A DNA stretch of 64,000 bases, taken from a virus. Location: positions 64,001-128,000 of IMG/VR virus record IMGVR_UViG_3300008266_000014. One strand, given 5' to 3'. A program made the translations under genes and the position numbers. How positions within the stretch are numbered: the first letter of the stretch is position 1; each line of letters starts with the position of its first letter. The notes beneath the pieces are model-generated. The model was not told the DNA's origin. It worked only from the letters and a program-made list of their open reading frames with translations, and made no database searches. Of the stretch, positions 36,550 through 45,613 are shown in pieces.

Positions 36550-37897
36550 GGAGTATGGCCGCAAGGCCATTCCTTTTTTAAAGGTTGAATATTTTCAAGA
36601 TAGGGTTCACAAAGCAGTATTTGATTGCGTGCATGCATTCACAAACAAATACAATAAGTTCCCATCAAAAGAAGCACTTGTTGTTGAGTTAGACAACGAT
36701 AAAAATATATCTTCTTACTTTAATGAGGTAGAAGAGTTTGTAAATGCGCTTGAAGACACTCCTTCACAGAACATTCACTGGTTACTAGACCACACAGAGA
36801 AGTTCTGTCAAGATAAAGCAATTTACAATGCCATCATGAAATCAATAACGATTCTTGATGATGGCAAAGGAAACGAAAGTAAAGGGTCGATACCTCAGAT
36901 CCTTTCTGATGCATTAGCAGTTTCTTTCGATTCACATATAGGACATGATTTTCTAGAAGACTACGATGCTCGATACGATTACTACCATAAAAAAGAAAAG
37001 AGAGTACCGTTCGATTTGGAACTACTTAACAAGATTTCCAAGGGTGGGCTACCAAACAAGACTCTCAATGTTATACTTGCTGGCACTGGTGTTGGTAAGT
37101 CTCTCTTTATGTGTCATTGTGCAGCAGCTAACCTTTCCAAAGGTAATAATGTCCTTTACATAACAATGGAGATGGCAGAAGAGCGTATTGCAGAACGTAT
37201 TGATGCCAATCTACTCAATGTCACAGTCGATGAGTTGAGTATTCTACCAAAGGACGCATATGAGAAAAAGATTGCTCGTGTAAGAGAGAAGACAAGTGGA
37301 AAGTTGATAATTAAAGAGTATCCGACAGCATCTGCTGGTGCTGGTCACATGAGACATCTTCTCAATGAGCTGAAAATCAAACGAAACTTTGCTCCAGACA
37401 TCATCTATATTGATTACCTCAATATTTGTACATCATCGAGACTCAAGTATGGTGCAAATGTAAACTCATATACATACATTAAGGCGATTGCAGAGGAGTT
37501 GCGAGGACTTGCTGTCGAGTTTGATGTGCCTATTGTAACTGCTACTCAAACAACGAGAAGTGGTTACACATCGAGTGATCTTGGACTTGAAGATACTAGT
37601 GAATCGTTTGGTCTTCCTGCAACAGCAGATTTCATGATTGCGCTAATTAGTTCTGATGAACTTCAAGATCTGAATCAGTTCATGGTAAAGCAGTTAAAGA
37701 ACAGATATAGTGATCCTAACATCAACAGACGTTTTGTTATTGGTGTCGATAGACCAAAGATGCGTTTGTATGATGTCGAACAGAGTGCTCAAGAGGATGT
37801 GGTTGACGACACTCCCGTATTCGATAAATCCGATACTGGTGCAAGATTGAAACAAGAGAAGGGAAAATTCAAAGATGCTTTTAAGACGTTTGTTTAG
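36509..37897 (+). CDS. gp41: Replicative DNA helicase
   Basis: AGTGVGKS, TMEMAEE, IDYLNI, ATQTTR, SESFGLPATAD, KQLKNR. Confidence 0.97.
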   Translation: MIEKLILSNLLNNEEYGRKAIPFLKVEYFQDRVHKAVFDCVHAFTNKYNKFPSKEALVVELDNDKNISSYFNEVEEFVNALEDTPSQNIHWLLDHTEKFCQDKAIYNAIMKSITILDDGKGNESKGSIPQILSDALAVSFDSHIGHDFLEDYDARYDYYHKKEKRVPFDLELLNKISKGGLPNKTLNVILAGTGVGKSLFMCHCAAANLSKGNNVLYITMEMAEERIAERIDANLLNVTVDELSILPKDAYEKKIARVREKTSGKLIIKEYPTASAGAGHMRHLLNELKIKRNFAPDIIYIDYLNICTSSRLKYGANVNSYTYIKAIAEELRGLAVEFDVPIVTATQTTRSGYTSSDLGLEDTSESFGLPATADFMIALISSDELQDLNQFMVKQLKNRYSDPNINRRFVIGVDRPKMRLYDVEQSAQEDVVDDTPVFDKSDTGARLKQEKGKFKDAFKTFV

Positions 37898-38069
37898 TTT
37901 TATTACCGTAATATTCCTTTTCTCGTGGATATTTGCTCTTTCCGCTGTTATAATTACGATTCAAACAATCTTCTACTACATCATGAGAATGTTTGATCTT
38001 CCAGCTGATGTTATTCATGCCATGATTGAGACCAATAAACTACATGATAGTAAAAACGAGAAAGTTTAA
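37875..38069 (+). CDS. Small membrane protein
   Basis: Hydrophobic N-terminal half. Confidence 0.45.
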   Translation: MLLRRLFSFITVIFLFSWIFALSAVIITIQTIFYYIMRMFDLPADVIHAMIETNKLHDSKNEKV

Positions 38070-38505
38070 TAATAGATACCTTGCAAAAGTTATTCGTGAG
38101 GCAACAAGGTTCTATCTCGGCAGACTCCTTCCCGAAACTAAATTCAAGAAGCTCAACATAATTGTCAAACAAACAGATAGTGATTATGCCGATGGTTCAT
38201 GCTACTACAAGAGCAAGTATGAATACGAAATTGAGCTCGGTGCTCATGTATCTGTTAATCACAAATTATTAACACTTGCACACGAGTGTGTTCACGTCAA
38301 GCAATATACAACAAGACAATTGAAGACGTTTTATGTTGGTCATTACCCAGTTGATATGTGGGAAGGAAAAAGATACAGGAATCTTAAGTACGACGATCAA
38401 CCGTGGGAAAGAGAAGCACTGGAATCAGAAGAAGAACTACTTTACAGCTTTATCTCAGAATGTTATGCGTTAGGTAATCTGGATCTTGAAAAACTTAAAA
38501 GCTAA
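38044..38505 (+). CDS. Putative zinc metallopeptidase
   Basis: LAHECVHVKQ (HExxH), PWEREA. Confidence 0.75.
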   Translation: MIVKTRKFNNRYLAKVIREATRFYLGRLLPETKFKKLNIIVKQTDSDYADGSCYYKSKYEYEIELGAHVSVNHKLLTLAHECVHVKQYTTRQLKTFYVGHYPVDMWEGKRYRNLKYDDQPWEREALESEEELLYSFISECYALGNLDLEKLKS

Positions 38506-38941
38506 GTTATTACTACTTTTGTGCTTGTACTCCCCATCGGTTTTTGCTATGTGGGATATAAACTCACTGCTCAATGACGCCAGAGTGCTGATGAATTATG
38601 ATGGATATCTATCAACACCTACTCTGGTTCCAAGATCAAGACAAGAACTAGAGGAAGTGTTTTGCCATAGTTCTGGCTGTACTGTCTCTGCGATATATAC
38701 CAAAGGAGTCGTTTACTATGACTATACCTTGGATCCTAATAACATTATCGACAGATCGATAATGGTTCATGAAATGATTCATCATATTCAACGAGCTCAG
38801 TGGGGAGATACATACACTTGCAGTAGATGGTTAAAAAAAGAAAGACAGGCTTACAGACTTCAGTCTTTATACCTTTATAGAAGAGGTGTAAAGCTACCAT
38901 ATATTGAAACTGTAATCTCAAACTTGAAGTGTCCAATATAG
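38486..38941 (+). CDS. Secreted HExxH protein
   Basis: Signal peptide; VHEMIHHIQ, E.QAY.LQ. Confidence 0.65.
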   Translation: MKNLKAKLLLLLCLYSPSVFAMWDINSLLNDARVLMNYDGYLSTPTLVPRSRQELEEVFCHSSGCTVSAIYTKGVVYYDYTLDPNNIIDRSIMVHEMIHHIQRAQWGDTYTCSRWLKKERQAYRLQSLYLYRRGVKLPYIETVISNLKCPI

Positions 38942-38948
38942 GAAAATT

Positions 38949-39512
38949 ATGAACGATATTCCAAACGCATCAACAGTGCAGGATCAAATAGATTGGAATC
39001 TGTACAGAAGTGGTACTTTCTATCTGACTGGAGATATTGACGAAGTTAGCTGCGGAGAGGTTATTCGTTGGATACTTTCAGAAAATATTACAGGTCAGCA
39101 CAAGGAACTGAGACTATTCATTAATAGTTGTGGTGGTGAACTGTATAGTGCCTTTGCTCTGATCGATATCATGAAAGCAAGTCGTATTCCTGTTTATACA
39201 GTTGGAACAGGAAGCCTGATGAGCGCTGCATTCTTGATCTTTATCTCTGGTGCGAGAGGCCACAGATCAATTACAAAGAATACTAGCGTCATGTCTCATC
39301 AGTTTTCTACCTTTTATGAAGGTAAAGAACATGACATCAAAGCATCAGAAAAAGAGACAAGATATGTCAAACAAAGGATGCTAGATATAATGAAGGAACA
39401 ATGCCCGATGGATGAAAAAACAATAAAAAGAAAGCTACTGCCTCCTTCGGATGTATGGCTATCTGCGCAGGAGTGTATAGATCTAGGAGTTGCAGATGGA
39501 ATCTTCGAATAA
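38949..39512 (+). CDS. clpP: ClpP-like protease
   Basis: INSCGG, MSAA (Ser), MSHQ (His), DVWLSAQEC..LG.AD. Confidence 0.85.
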   Translation: MNDIPNASTVQDQIDWNLYRSGTFYLTGDIDEVSCGEVIRWILSENITGQHKELRLFINSCGGELYSAFALIDIMKASRIPVYTVGTGSLMSAAFLIFISGARGHRSITKNTSVMSHQFSTFYEGKEHDIKASEKETRYVKQRMLDIMKEQCPMDEKTIKRKLLPPSDVWLSAQECIDLGVADGIFE

Positions 39513-40143
39513 CGGTTTAAATGATTTAGTACTGTTTAAGCATCACAATATCGACGGTATAGAAAAATGGATGTGGCCAAAATCAGATACTGGTCTTTGG
39601 GAAGGTCCTCTCTACGACTGGCCAAAACTAAAAGAAGGATTTTTAAGCCACGTAAAAAAATTTGATGTTGTCGTTCAGGCAGGTGGTGCTTGTGGAATGT
39701 ATCCAAAACTTTTAAGAAACCATTTTAACTATGTCTATACATTTGAACCGGACCCACTTAATTTTTATTGCCTTTCTCATAATTGTGACGATCCAAACAT
39801 AATTAAAATTAATGCAGCGCTTGGTGATCGTAATGAGATGATGGCAATATTGAACCATAACAAAGAAAATGTAGGAACTCATCGAGTAACAACTGATGGT
39901 GAGAGATACATTCCTATGTTCACTATTGATCAGCTAAATTTAACCGCATGTGATTATATTCAACTTGATTGTGAGACATTTGAAGAAAATGTTATTAGAG
40001 GAGCAATCAATACAATTCAAAAGTTTAAACCTGTAATAACCTTAGAAACATGCAGTCCGGGAATAGAGCAAATGCTTTTACCGCTAGGATACTCTTTCCG
40101 AGGTAGGTTCGGGCATATAGATCAGCTCCTTTCTGTAGATTAA
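39496..40143 (+). CDS. FkbM-family methyltransferase
   Basis: VVQAGGACG, TFEPD, AALG, QLDCE..E..V..GA..TI.K.KPVI. Confidence 0.85.
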   Translation: MESSNNGLNDLVLFKHHNIDGIEKWMWPKSDTGLWEGPLYDWPKLKEGFLSHVKKFDVVVQAGGACGMYPKLLRNHFNYVYTFEPDPLNFYCLSHNCDDPNIIKINAALGDRNEMMAILNHNKENVGTHRVTTDGERYIPMFTIDQLNLTACDYIQLDCETFEENVIRGAINTIQKFKPVITLETCSPGIEQMLLPLGYSFRGRFGHIDQLLSVD

Positions 40144-40164
40144 CCCACTTCGGTGGGTTTTTTT
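40142..40164 (+). terminator. Rho-independent terminator (cUUCGg loop)
   Basis: aacccac-ttcg-gtgggtt followed by Ts. Confidence 0.93.
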
Positions 40165-40178
40165 ACGAGCTAAATAAT

Positions 40179-40186
40179 TATAAATA
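40179..40186 (+). promoter_or_regulatory. T4 late promoter heading the internal-protein block
   Basis: TATAAATA immediately after the terminator. Confidence 0.8.
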
Positions 40187-40231
40187 CAAACAATGTGCAG
40201 TTAAACGGCCTAGGTAAACCTGCGGAAAAAT

Positions 40232-41764
40232 ATGAAAAAGACAAAAAAGAAACCACAAGACGTGGCACTCATCACTGGTAACCCTGCTGACAAGGTTGTT
40301 ATCAGTCCAGAAGACCCACCTAAAAAATTCCAGACGGAAGCTATCAAGCTGCTCAAAACAAAGCTGAATGCTCCGGAATTCAAATACTTGGCACCAACTG
40401 ATCGTGTTGAAATCGATAATCAGAATGTCGATAAGCAGGTAAAGCATATTCGTAAAGTCGTGACAAAGATCAGCACTCAGCCTGTCACAGAGCAAGAACT
40501 CAATGATATTTTCAGTGCAGTGAATGAAGCGGGGAGAATTGGATCAATACTTTCATCTCCAGTTCGTGCTGCAGGACTTGCTGGAAAAGCACTTACTGGT
40601 CTAGGAACAGCAGCAACATTCTTATCAACACCCCAGTCCGCAGCATTGTCGACCGCACTTGCTACCAAAGTTGTTTCTCAGAAAATGTCTGAGTTTGGTA
40701 AGTACCAGAAGAAAGCACCAACAACTACTACATCTAAACCTGCTCAGAAAGCTTCTCCACCAAAGCAGGCAGTAAAAACTAAACCAGAGCTGGAATACGA
40801 ACCACTGCCACCTAAGTTCCCTATTAAGGATGAGCCTAAGGTACAAGTTCCACAGGCAACTGCCGCAGTGTCGCAGAAACCTAGGGAAACCACAGTGATG
40901 GGTAAAAAGTATATCGAACCTCAGGCACCGGCTCCTGCAGCCCCTTCAAGACCACAGGGTGGAGGCAAGCAAAAAGGTCAACTGAGTCAGACTCCTGGTG
41001 CAGTAAAGAAAAGACAACAAAGAGCTCAGGCAAAAGGAACAGTTGTATCTCACAGAGAATGGGACTACGACACATACATCATTGAAAAGCTCGAGCAATC
41101 GCTTTTCAGGAAATCAGAAAGAAGTGGTGTTGATGCTGAGATTCTAAGTGATGTATTTGAAAGAGGGATGAATTCCTGGAATGAAGAGTCCACAATTTCA
41201 CAACAACAATTTGCAATGCAGCGTGTTAACTCTTTCATTGCAAAGGGAAAAACCTATTACAACGAAGATGCTGATCTACAAGAAAAGTCTGTTGTGATTG
41301 GTGGTAGAAGGCATCAGCAAGCTGGTGAAGGTCCAAGAGATATTGTAAAGAGAAAGCTATCAAAGCTGTTTGGTAAACATACTCTCATTAAGAAACCTCT
41401 CACACCAACTCAGAGAGTCAAAATTGCTTTGCAAAGACTAAAGAGAAAGTATGCTCAGAGCGCAGCAGCTGTCAAGTTCAAAAAAGGACTTGGGGAGTCC
41501 ATATCTAAAATCCAACAATCAATAGATGAAAGTTTCGTAGTAGATCGTGCTGCTGGTTATAGCACTACTTACACTGCTGCAGATCTTGGAATCAAGATTC
41601 AAGGTGGGTTTGCATTACATCCTTCTGTAGCAGAAGAGGGTGGAGCAGGCGACATTGGTACTACAAAACTGGTCAATAAATATAAGAAAGACACTCCAGG
41701 CGAAGCAGTGGAGCAATTGCAGCGAATGATTCGTGCAAAAAGAAAGGCGAACACTCAATGCTAG
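40232..41764 (+). CDS. Modular basic late protein (putative internal head protein)
   Basis: Lys/Pro-rich modules separated by VNE/IIE/LQE/IDE/AEE; SG.....L..VFERG..SW...QQFAMQRVNSFI module. Confidence 0.6.
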   Translation: MKKTKKKPQDVALITGNPADKVVISPEDPPKKFQTEAIKLLKTKLNAPEFKYLAPTDRVEIDNQNVDKQVKHIRKVVTKISTQPVTEQELNDIFSAVNEAGRIGSILSSPVRAAGLAGKALTGLGTAATFLSTPQSAALSTALATKVVSQKMSEFGKYQKKAPTTTTSKPAQKASPPKQAVKTKPELEYEPLPPKFPIKDEPKVQVPQATAAVSQKPRETTVMGKKYIEPQAPAPAAPSRPQGGGKQKGQLSQTPGAVKKRQQRAQAKGTVVSHREWDYDTYIIEKLEQSLFRKSERSGVDAEILSDVFERGMNSWNEESTISQQQFAMQRVNSFIAKGKTYYNEDADLQEKSVVIGGRRHQQAGEGPRDIVKRKLSKLFGKHTLIKKPLTPTQRVKIALQRLKRKYAQSAAAVKFKKGLGESISKIQQSIDESFVVDRAAGYSTTYTAADLGIKIQGGFALHPSVAEEGGAGDIGTTKLVNKYKKDTPGEAVEQLQRMIRAKRKANTQC

Positions 41765-42225
41765 GTGCCAACATTCATACTAAAGAACTTCATAGAGTTC
41801 TCAAGAAAGAAGGATGGCAGCTAACAAGAACATCAGGAGATCATGATGTATATACTCACCCTGAGGCAAAACATCATCTCTCCATTCCAAGACACAAGCA
41901 GCTTAAAGCTCCTTTAGTAGTGAAAGTGTTGAAGGCAATGAAAGTAAACGAAACCAAACTTCTTTCTTTTTCGCAATTTATTGCTGAAGCAGAATACCAA
42001 GGTCGTGATGTTCAATTGAACAAACCTATGGCAGGGGACGTCAAAAAGTCTAAGGTGTTTGTAAGAAATGCAGAAGGTAATGTCGTAAAAGTAAACTTTG
42101 GTGATAAAAACATGACGATCAAGAAAAACATTCCGGCTCGTCGTAGAAGTTTCAGAGCAAGACATAATTGTGATGATCCAGGACCAAAGACAAAAGCAAG
42201 GTATTGGAGCTGCAAAGCATGGTAA
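41758..42225 (+). CDS. HicA-like RNase domain fused to a conserved T4-like basic domain
   Basis: LKKEGWQLTRTSGDHDVYTHP..LSIPRH (HicA); linker LSFSQFIAE; KVNFGD...RRRSFRARHNCD...ARYWSC. Confidence 0.7.
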   Translation: MLGANIHTKELHRVLKKEGWQLTRTSGDHDVYTHPEAKHHLSIPRHKQLKAPLVVKVLKAMKVNETKLLSFSQFIAEAEYQGRDVQLNKPMAGDVKKSKVFVRNAEGNVVKVNFGDKNMTIKKNIPARRRSFRARHNCDDPGPKTKARYWSCKAW

Positions 42226-42647
42226 AAAGATATATTACATTTTTAACTGAGGCAACTAACTCCTGTCCTCGTGCAACATACGACCTTGCCATGAATCTGG
42301 AAAACAGACAAAAGGCAATTGATGAGTATGGGTATGGCCCTTTGAATCCTCTTGAGCCTTCATCGGACTTTTGGAATGAGAAGGCAGATATGTGGAATGT
42401 ATCTGTTAAGGATGCAAAGACAGCAAGATGTGGCAATTGTGCTGCGTTTGTTATTACAGACGATATGAGACAGTGTATCGTCAGTGGAAGAAAAGATGAA
42501 GATGATGAAAATGAGAACGATCACTTTGATGTGACTGTAGAGAAGGCAGATCTTGGGTACTGTAACATCTTACACTTTAAGTGTGCAGGAGAGAGAACTT
42601 GTGATGCATGGATCGCTGGTGGTCCAATAGATAATAAGGATGTGTAA
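42219..42647 (+). CDS. Cys-rich conserved phage protein
   Basis: YGPLNP, CGNCAAF, GYC..HFKCA..RTCDAW; leader MVKRYITFLTE. Confidence 0.7.
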   Translation: MVKRYITFLTEATNSCPRATYDLAMNLENRQKAIDEYGYGPLNPLEPSSDFWNEKADMWNVSVKDAKTARCGNCAAFVITDDMRQCIVSGRKDEDDENENDHFDVTVEKADLGYCNILHFKCAGERTCDAWIAGGPIDNKDV

Positions 42648-43090
42648 TGGAATCGTTAATTGAAGAAATGAAGGTAGTTCTTGCTGATACGTTTGCAATG
42701 TATTTGAAAGCACATAACTATCACTGGAATGTGGAGGGAAGTAACTTCCCTCAGTACCATGATTTTCTTGGCAACCTATATGAAGAGCTTCATGGTGCAG
42801 TAGATCCTATTGCAGAGCATATCAGAGCGCTAGACGCATATGCTCCTGGATCGTTAACAAGATTTAGAGAACTATCTTCTATCAGAGACAGCATGACCCC
42901 TCCTCCAACAATGGGAATGATATCAGAGCTATATGGAGATAACGAGATTGTTATGGCATCGCTAGTGAGAACATATAAATTAGCAGAGCAGGCGAATGAA
43001 ATTGGTCTGTCTAACTTTATTCAAGATAGATATGATATCCACAAGAAGCATGCATGGATGCTACGTTCTATACTTAAGAGAGCAGAATGA
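42647..43090 (+). CDS. dps: Dps / DNA-protecting ferritin-like protein
   Basis: KAHNYHWNVEG..F..H, D.IAEHIRAL, H.KHAWMLRS. Confidence 0.95.
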   Translation: MESLIEEMKVVLADTFAMYLKAHNYHWNVEGSNFPQYHDFLGNLYEELHGAVDPIAEHIRALDAYAPGSLTRFRELSSIRDSMTPPPTMGMISELYGDNEIVMASLVRTYKLAEQANEIGLSNFIQDRYDIHKKHAWMLRSILKRAE

Positions 43091-43695
43091 AAACAATAAG
43101 AAGACTTTTTGAGACCAGAAAGCAAGGGAAGAGGTATAGAACTGTTGAGAATCTCATCAGAGATGTTCTTCGCGGTAAGATCTTTGAGCAAAGAGAAAAG
43201 ATCGAGAAAGATCAAAGCGATCAGATTGTTGCTGGCACATACAAAACAAAGAACTTTGAGATGTGCCCTAGAGCACAAAAATTATTCACCCAGCTACCAA
43301 AAGGTACGAGTCCTAATGACGCAGAGCATGCTGCTATTCATCACGATGAGTTGTTTGCATTGGAAAAGCAGGCTGTGGCAAAGGAAAGAAGTACCAAGGC
43401 GGATGTTGAAGAAGCCAAACATCTTGTTGCAATGATTCGTCAGTTAGGTAAGACGATGAAGATCGAAGGTAAGATGGATTATCTTGACGATCACGTTGCA
43501 AAAATAGCTTCGTATATGCAAGATGAAAAAGAAACATATGATAACCCATCACCGGAAATGATGAAGAAGAGATTCACATCTCCTCCAATGTCAAGAACAA
43601 AAGAGCCTGATGATAGAGACATTGATAACTCAAAGTTTCTAGTTTCCAGAAACATTAAGGCACAAAGAAAACTTAAAATTATCGACGCAGACTAA
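43087..43695 (+). CDS. Hypothetical late protein
   Basis: Leader MKTIRRLFE; Y.TKNFEMCP.AQ module. Confidence 0.6.
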   Translation: MKTIRRLFETRKQGKRYRTVENLIRDVLRGKIFEQREKIEKDQSDQIVAGTYKTKNFEMCPRAQKLFTQLPKGTSPNDAEHAAIHHDELFALEKQAVAKERSTKADVEEAKHLVAMIRQLGKTMKIEGKMDYLDDHVAKIASYMQDEKETYDNPSPEMMKKRFTSPPMSRTKEPDDRDIDNSKFLVSRNIKAQRKLKIIDAD

Positions 43696-43696
43696 A

Positions 43697-45613
43697 ATGA
43701 AGAATCTCTACGAATCAATCAAACAAGTTATCTCTGAGAAAACTCTTACACCTTTTCAGCAAGAGTTTGCAAAGCAGATGAAGGAGAAGGGTGCTGGTAA
43801 GACCTTTACATGGCAAGATCCTAAGACAGGAAAGAGCACAGAAATCCTTTTGAAGTATAAAGAGGAACCAAAGCCTCAGGCTGCAGTTAAGCCAGAAGCA
43901 AAAAAAGAACCACCTAAGGTAGAGCCAGCAAAACCAGAAGTCAAAAAGCCAGAGCCAGAGGCTGGTGTTGATAAGAAGAAAAGCGATGAGCTGTTTGCCG
44001 ACATCAGAAAAGATGCGCAAGGTAAGTCACCAGAAGAGGTTCGTGCTGCTGCTCAGAAGGCATTAAAAGACACAGAAGCTGATCTTGCCAAGAAGGAAGG
44101 TCCAAAGCCAGCCGAACCAATTAAGACAGAACCACAGTCTGCAGAGATGGAAATCAAAACTGTAGACATGATTAAAGACAAAGAAAAGAATTCTAAAAAA
44201 ACTAACGAGGAAATTAAAATGTCAATAAACAAGAAATTTAATGTTTCTGACGCTCTTTACAGCTCTGTCATGGAAGTTATGGCAAAGTCTTCTGGGGGCA
44301 CAGTCCCAAAGAACGAAAAACAGAAGCAACTTGCTGCAAAGCATGGAGATCCAAATGTCATTACTCACGGTGATGTGTTGAAAGCACGTGGCGTAAAGAT
44401 GAAGGAAGAGACTGAACAAGTTGATGAACTGAGCACAAAGACTCTTTCTTCTTACGTCAAAAAACGTGGTGCCCAATTAAGAGGTGGGTATGAGGACTCG
44501 GAGAAAGTTAAAGGTATTAATGCTGCTCTTAGAAAGATTAAACAAAATTCAGTTAAAGAAGATATCGAGCAGGTTGATGAACTCTCGCGTGGCAAGTTAG
44601 TTGGATACATTGAGAAAGCATCAAAGACCAAGGGTTCAGAAGCAATTGCACGGGTTGCTGGTATCAAGAAAGCAGCTCAGAAGTTGAAAGACATCAAGAA
44701 GCAGTCGATGCAGTCTGAGGATGTTGAGCAGGTCGATGAGATTAGTAAAGGTACTCTAGGATCATACATTTCTAAATCTGCAGACAAGGCTCGTGAACAT
44801 GGTTTTTATGGTGGTGTTGCCTTCACTAAAGGAAAGCTGGGTCAAAGCGATTATCATGCAAAAAAAGAGTTGAAACGTACCACAGGAATCAACAAAGCAT
44901 TAGGTCGTCTAACAAAAGAAGAAGCTCTTGATGAAGCCAAGAAACTAATTTCTAAGCACGGTGAAGATCAGCCTATCTCTGCTAAGGTCTATAAAGACAC
45001 AGAGTGGAATGAGTATCAGGTTCATTTCTTCAAAGATGGTAAGCACATGGGAGAAGGCCCTGTTAGCTATCACGATGACAAAGAAGATGCTCAGAATACA
45101 GCAGATCATGCATTGGAAAAGATGAATAAGTCAAAAACCAATGCAGCCTCGATCGTTGCAGCTGCAAAGAAGCGTTCAGCTGGTGAACATGCAATGGAAG
45201 AGAGAATCATCGAAGGTACAATGAGAGGTGGTAAGTATGTTGATGATGCACCACGTCCAGGAACAAATGAAGTTCCAGTTCCTGACGAGGGGTACAGACC
45301 ACCAAAGTCTCAACCAAAGAAGCCAGTCAAATCTTCTGATACAACAAAGTTGAATGACGTGGAAGAATCAAAGAACATGGACACTCCTGGTAACAGCTAC
45401 GAGCATCAGTGTGCGATCCATGTAAGAAGTGAGTCATTTGGTGACGGTCGTACTATTACCACACAACATGCTGATCCAGACGAGTATGGTAACATTGCAT
45501 GGTACGATGTTATGTTTGAGCACGGAATCGAGAAGTTTGTTCCAACAAACTCACTTGAGATCCTTGTTTCTGAGTCGCATATGCATTCCAAGCGTAAGAA
45601 AAAAGGAATGTAA
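43697..45613 (+). CDS. Polyprotein-like repeat protein 1 (putative internal head protein)
   Basis: Three EQVDE(L/I)S repeats plus ALDE; C-terminal HQCAIHV..WYDVMFEHGIE module. Confidence 0.65.
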   Translation: MKNLYESIKQVISEKTLTPFQQEFAKQMKEKGAGKTFTWQDPKTGKSTEILLKYKEEPKPQAAVKPEAKKEPPKVEPAKPEVKKPEPEAGVDKKKSDELFADIRKDAQGKSPEEVRAAAQKALKDTEADLAKKEGPKPAEPIKTEPQSAEMEIKTVDMIKDKEKNSKKTNEEIKMSINKKFNVSDALYSSVMEVMAKSSGGTVPKNEKQKQLAAKHGDPNVITHGDVLKARGVKMKEETEQVDELSTKTLSSYVKKRGAQLRGGYEDSEKVKGINAALRKIKQNSVKEDIEQVDELSRGKLVGYIEKASKTKGSEAIARVAGIKKAAQKLKDIKKQSMQSEDVEQVDEISKGTLGSYISKSADKAREHGFYGGVAFTKGKLGQSDYHAKKELKRTTGINKALGRLTKEEALDEAKKLISKHGEDQPISAKVYKDTEWNEYQVHFFKDGKHMGEGPVSYHDDKEDAQNTADHALEKMNKSKTNAASIVAAAKKRSAGEHAMEERIIEGTMRGGKYVDDAPRPGTNEVPVPDEGYRPPKSQPKKPVKSSDTTKLNDVEESKNMDTPGNSYEHQCAIHVRSESFGDGRTITTQHADPDEYGNIAWYDVMFEHGIEKFVPTNSLEILVSESHMHSKRKKKGM

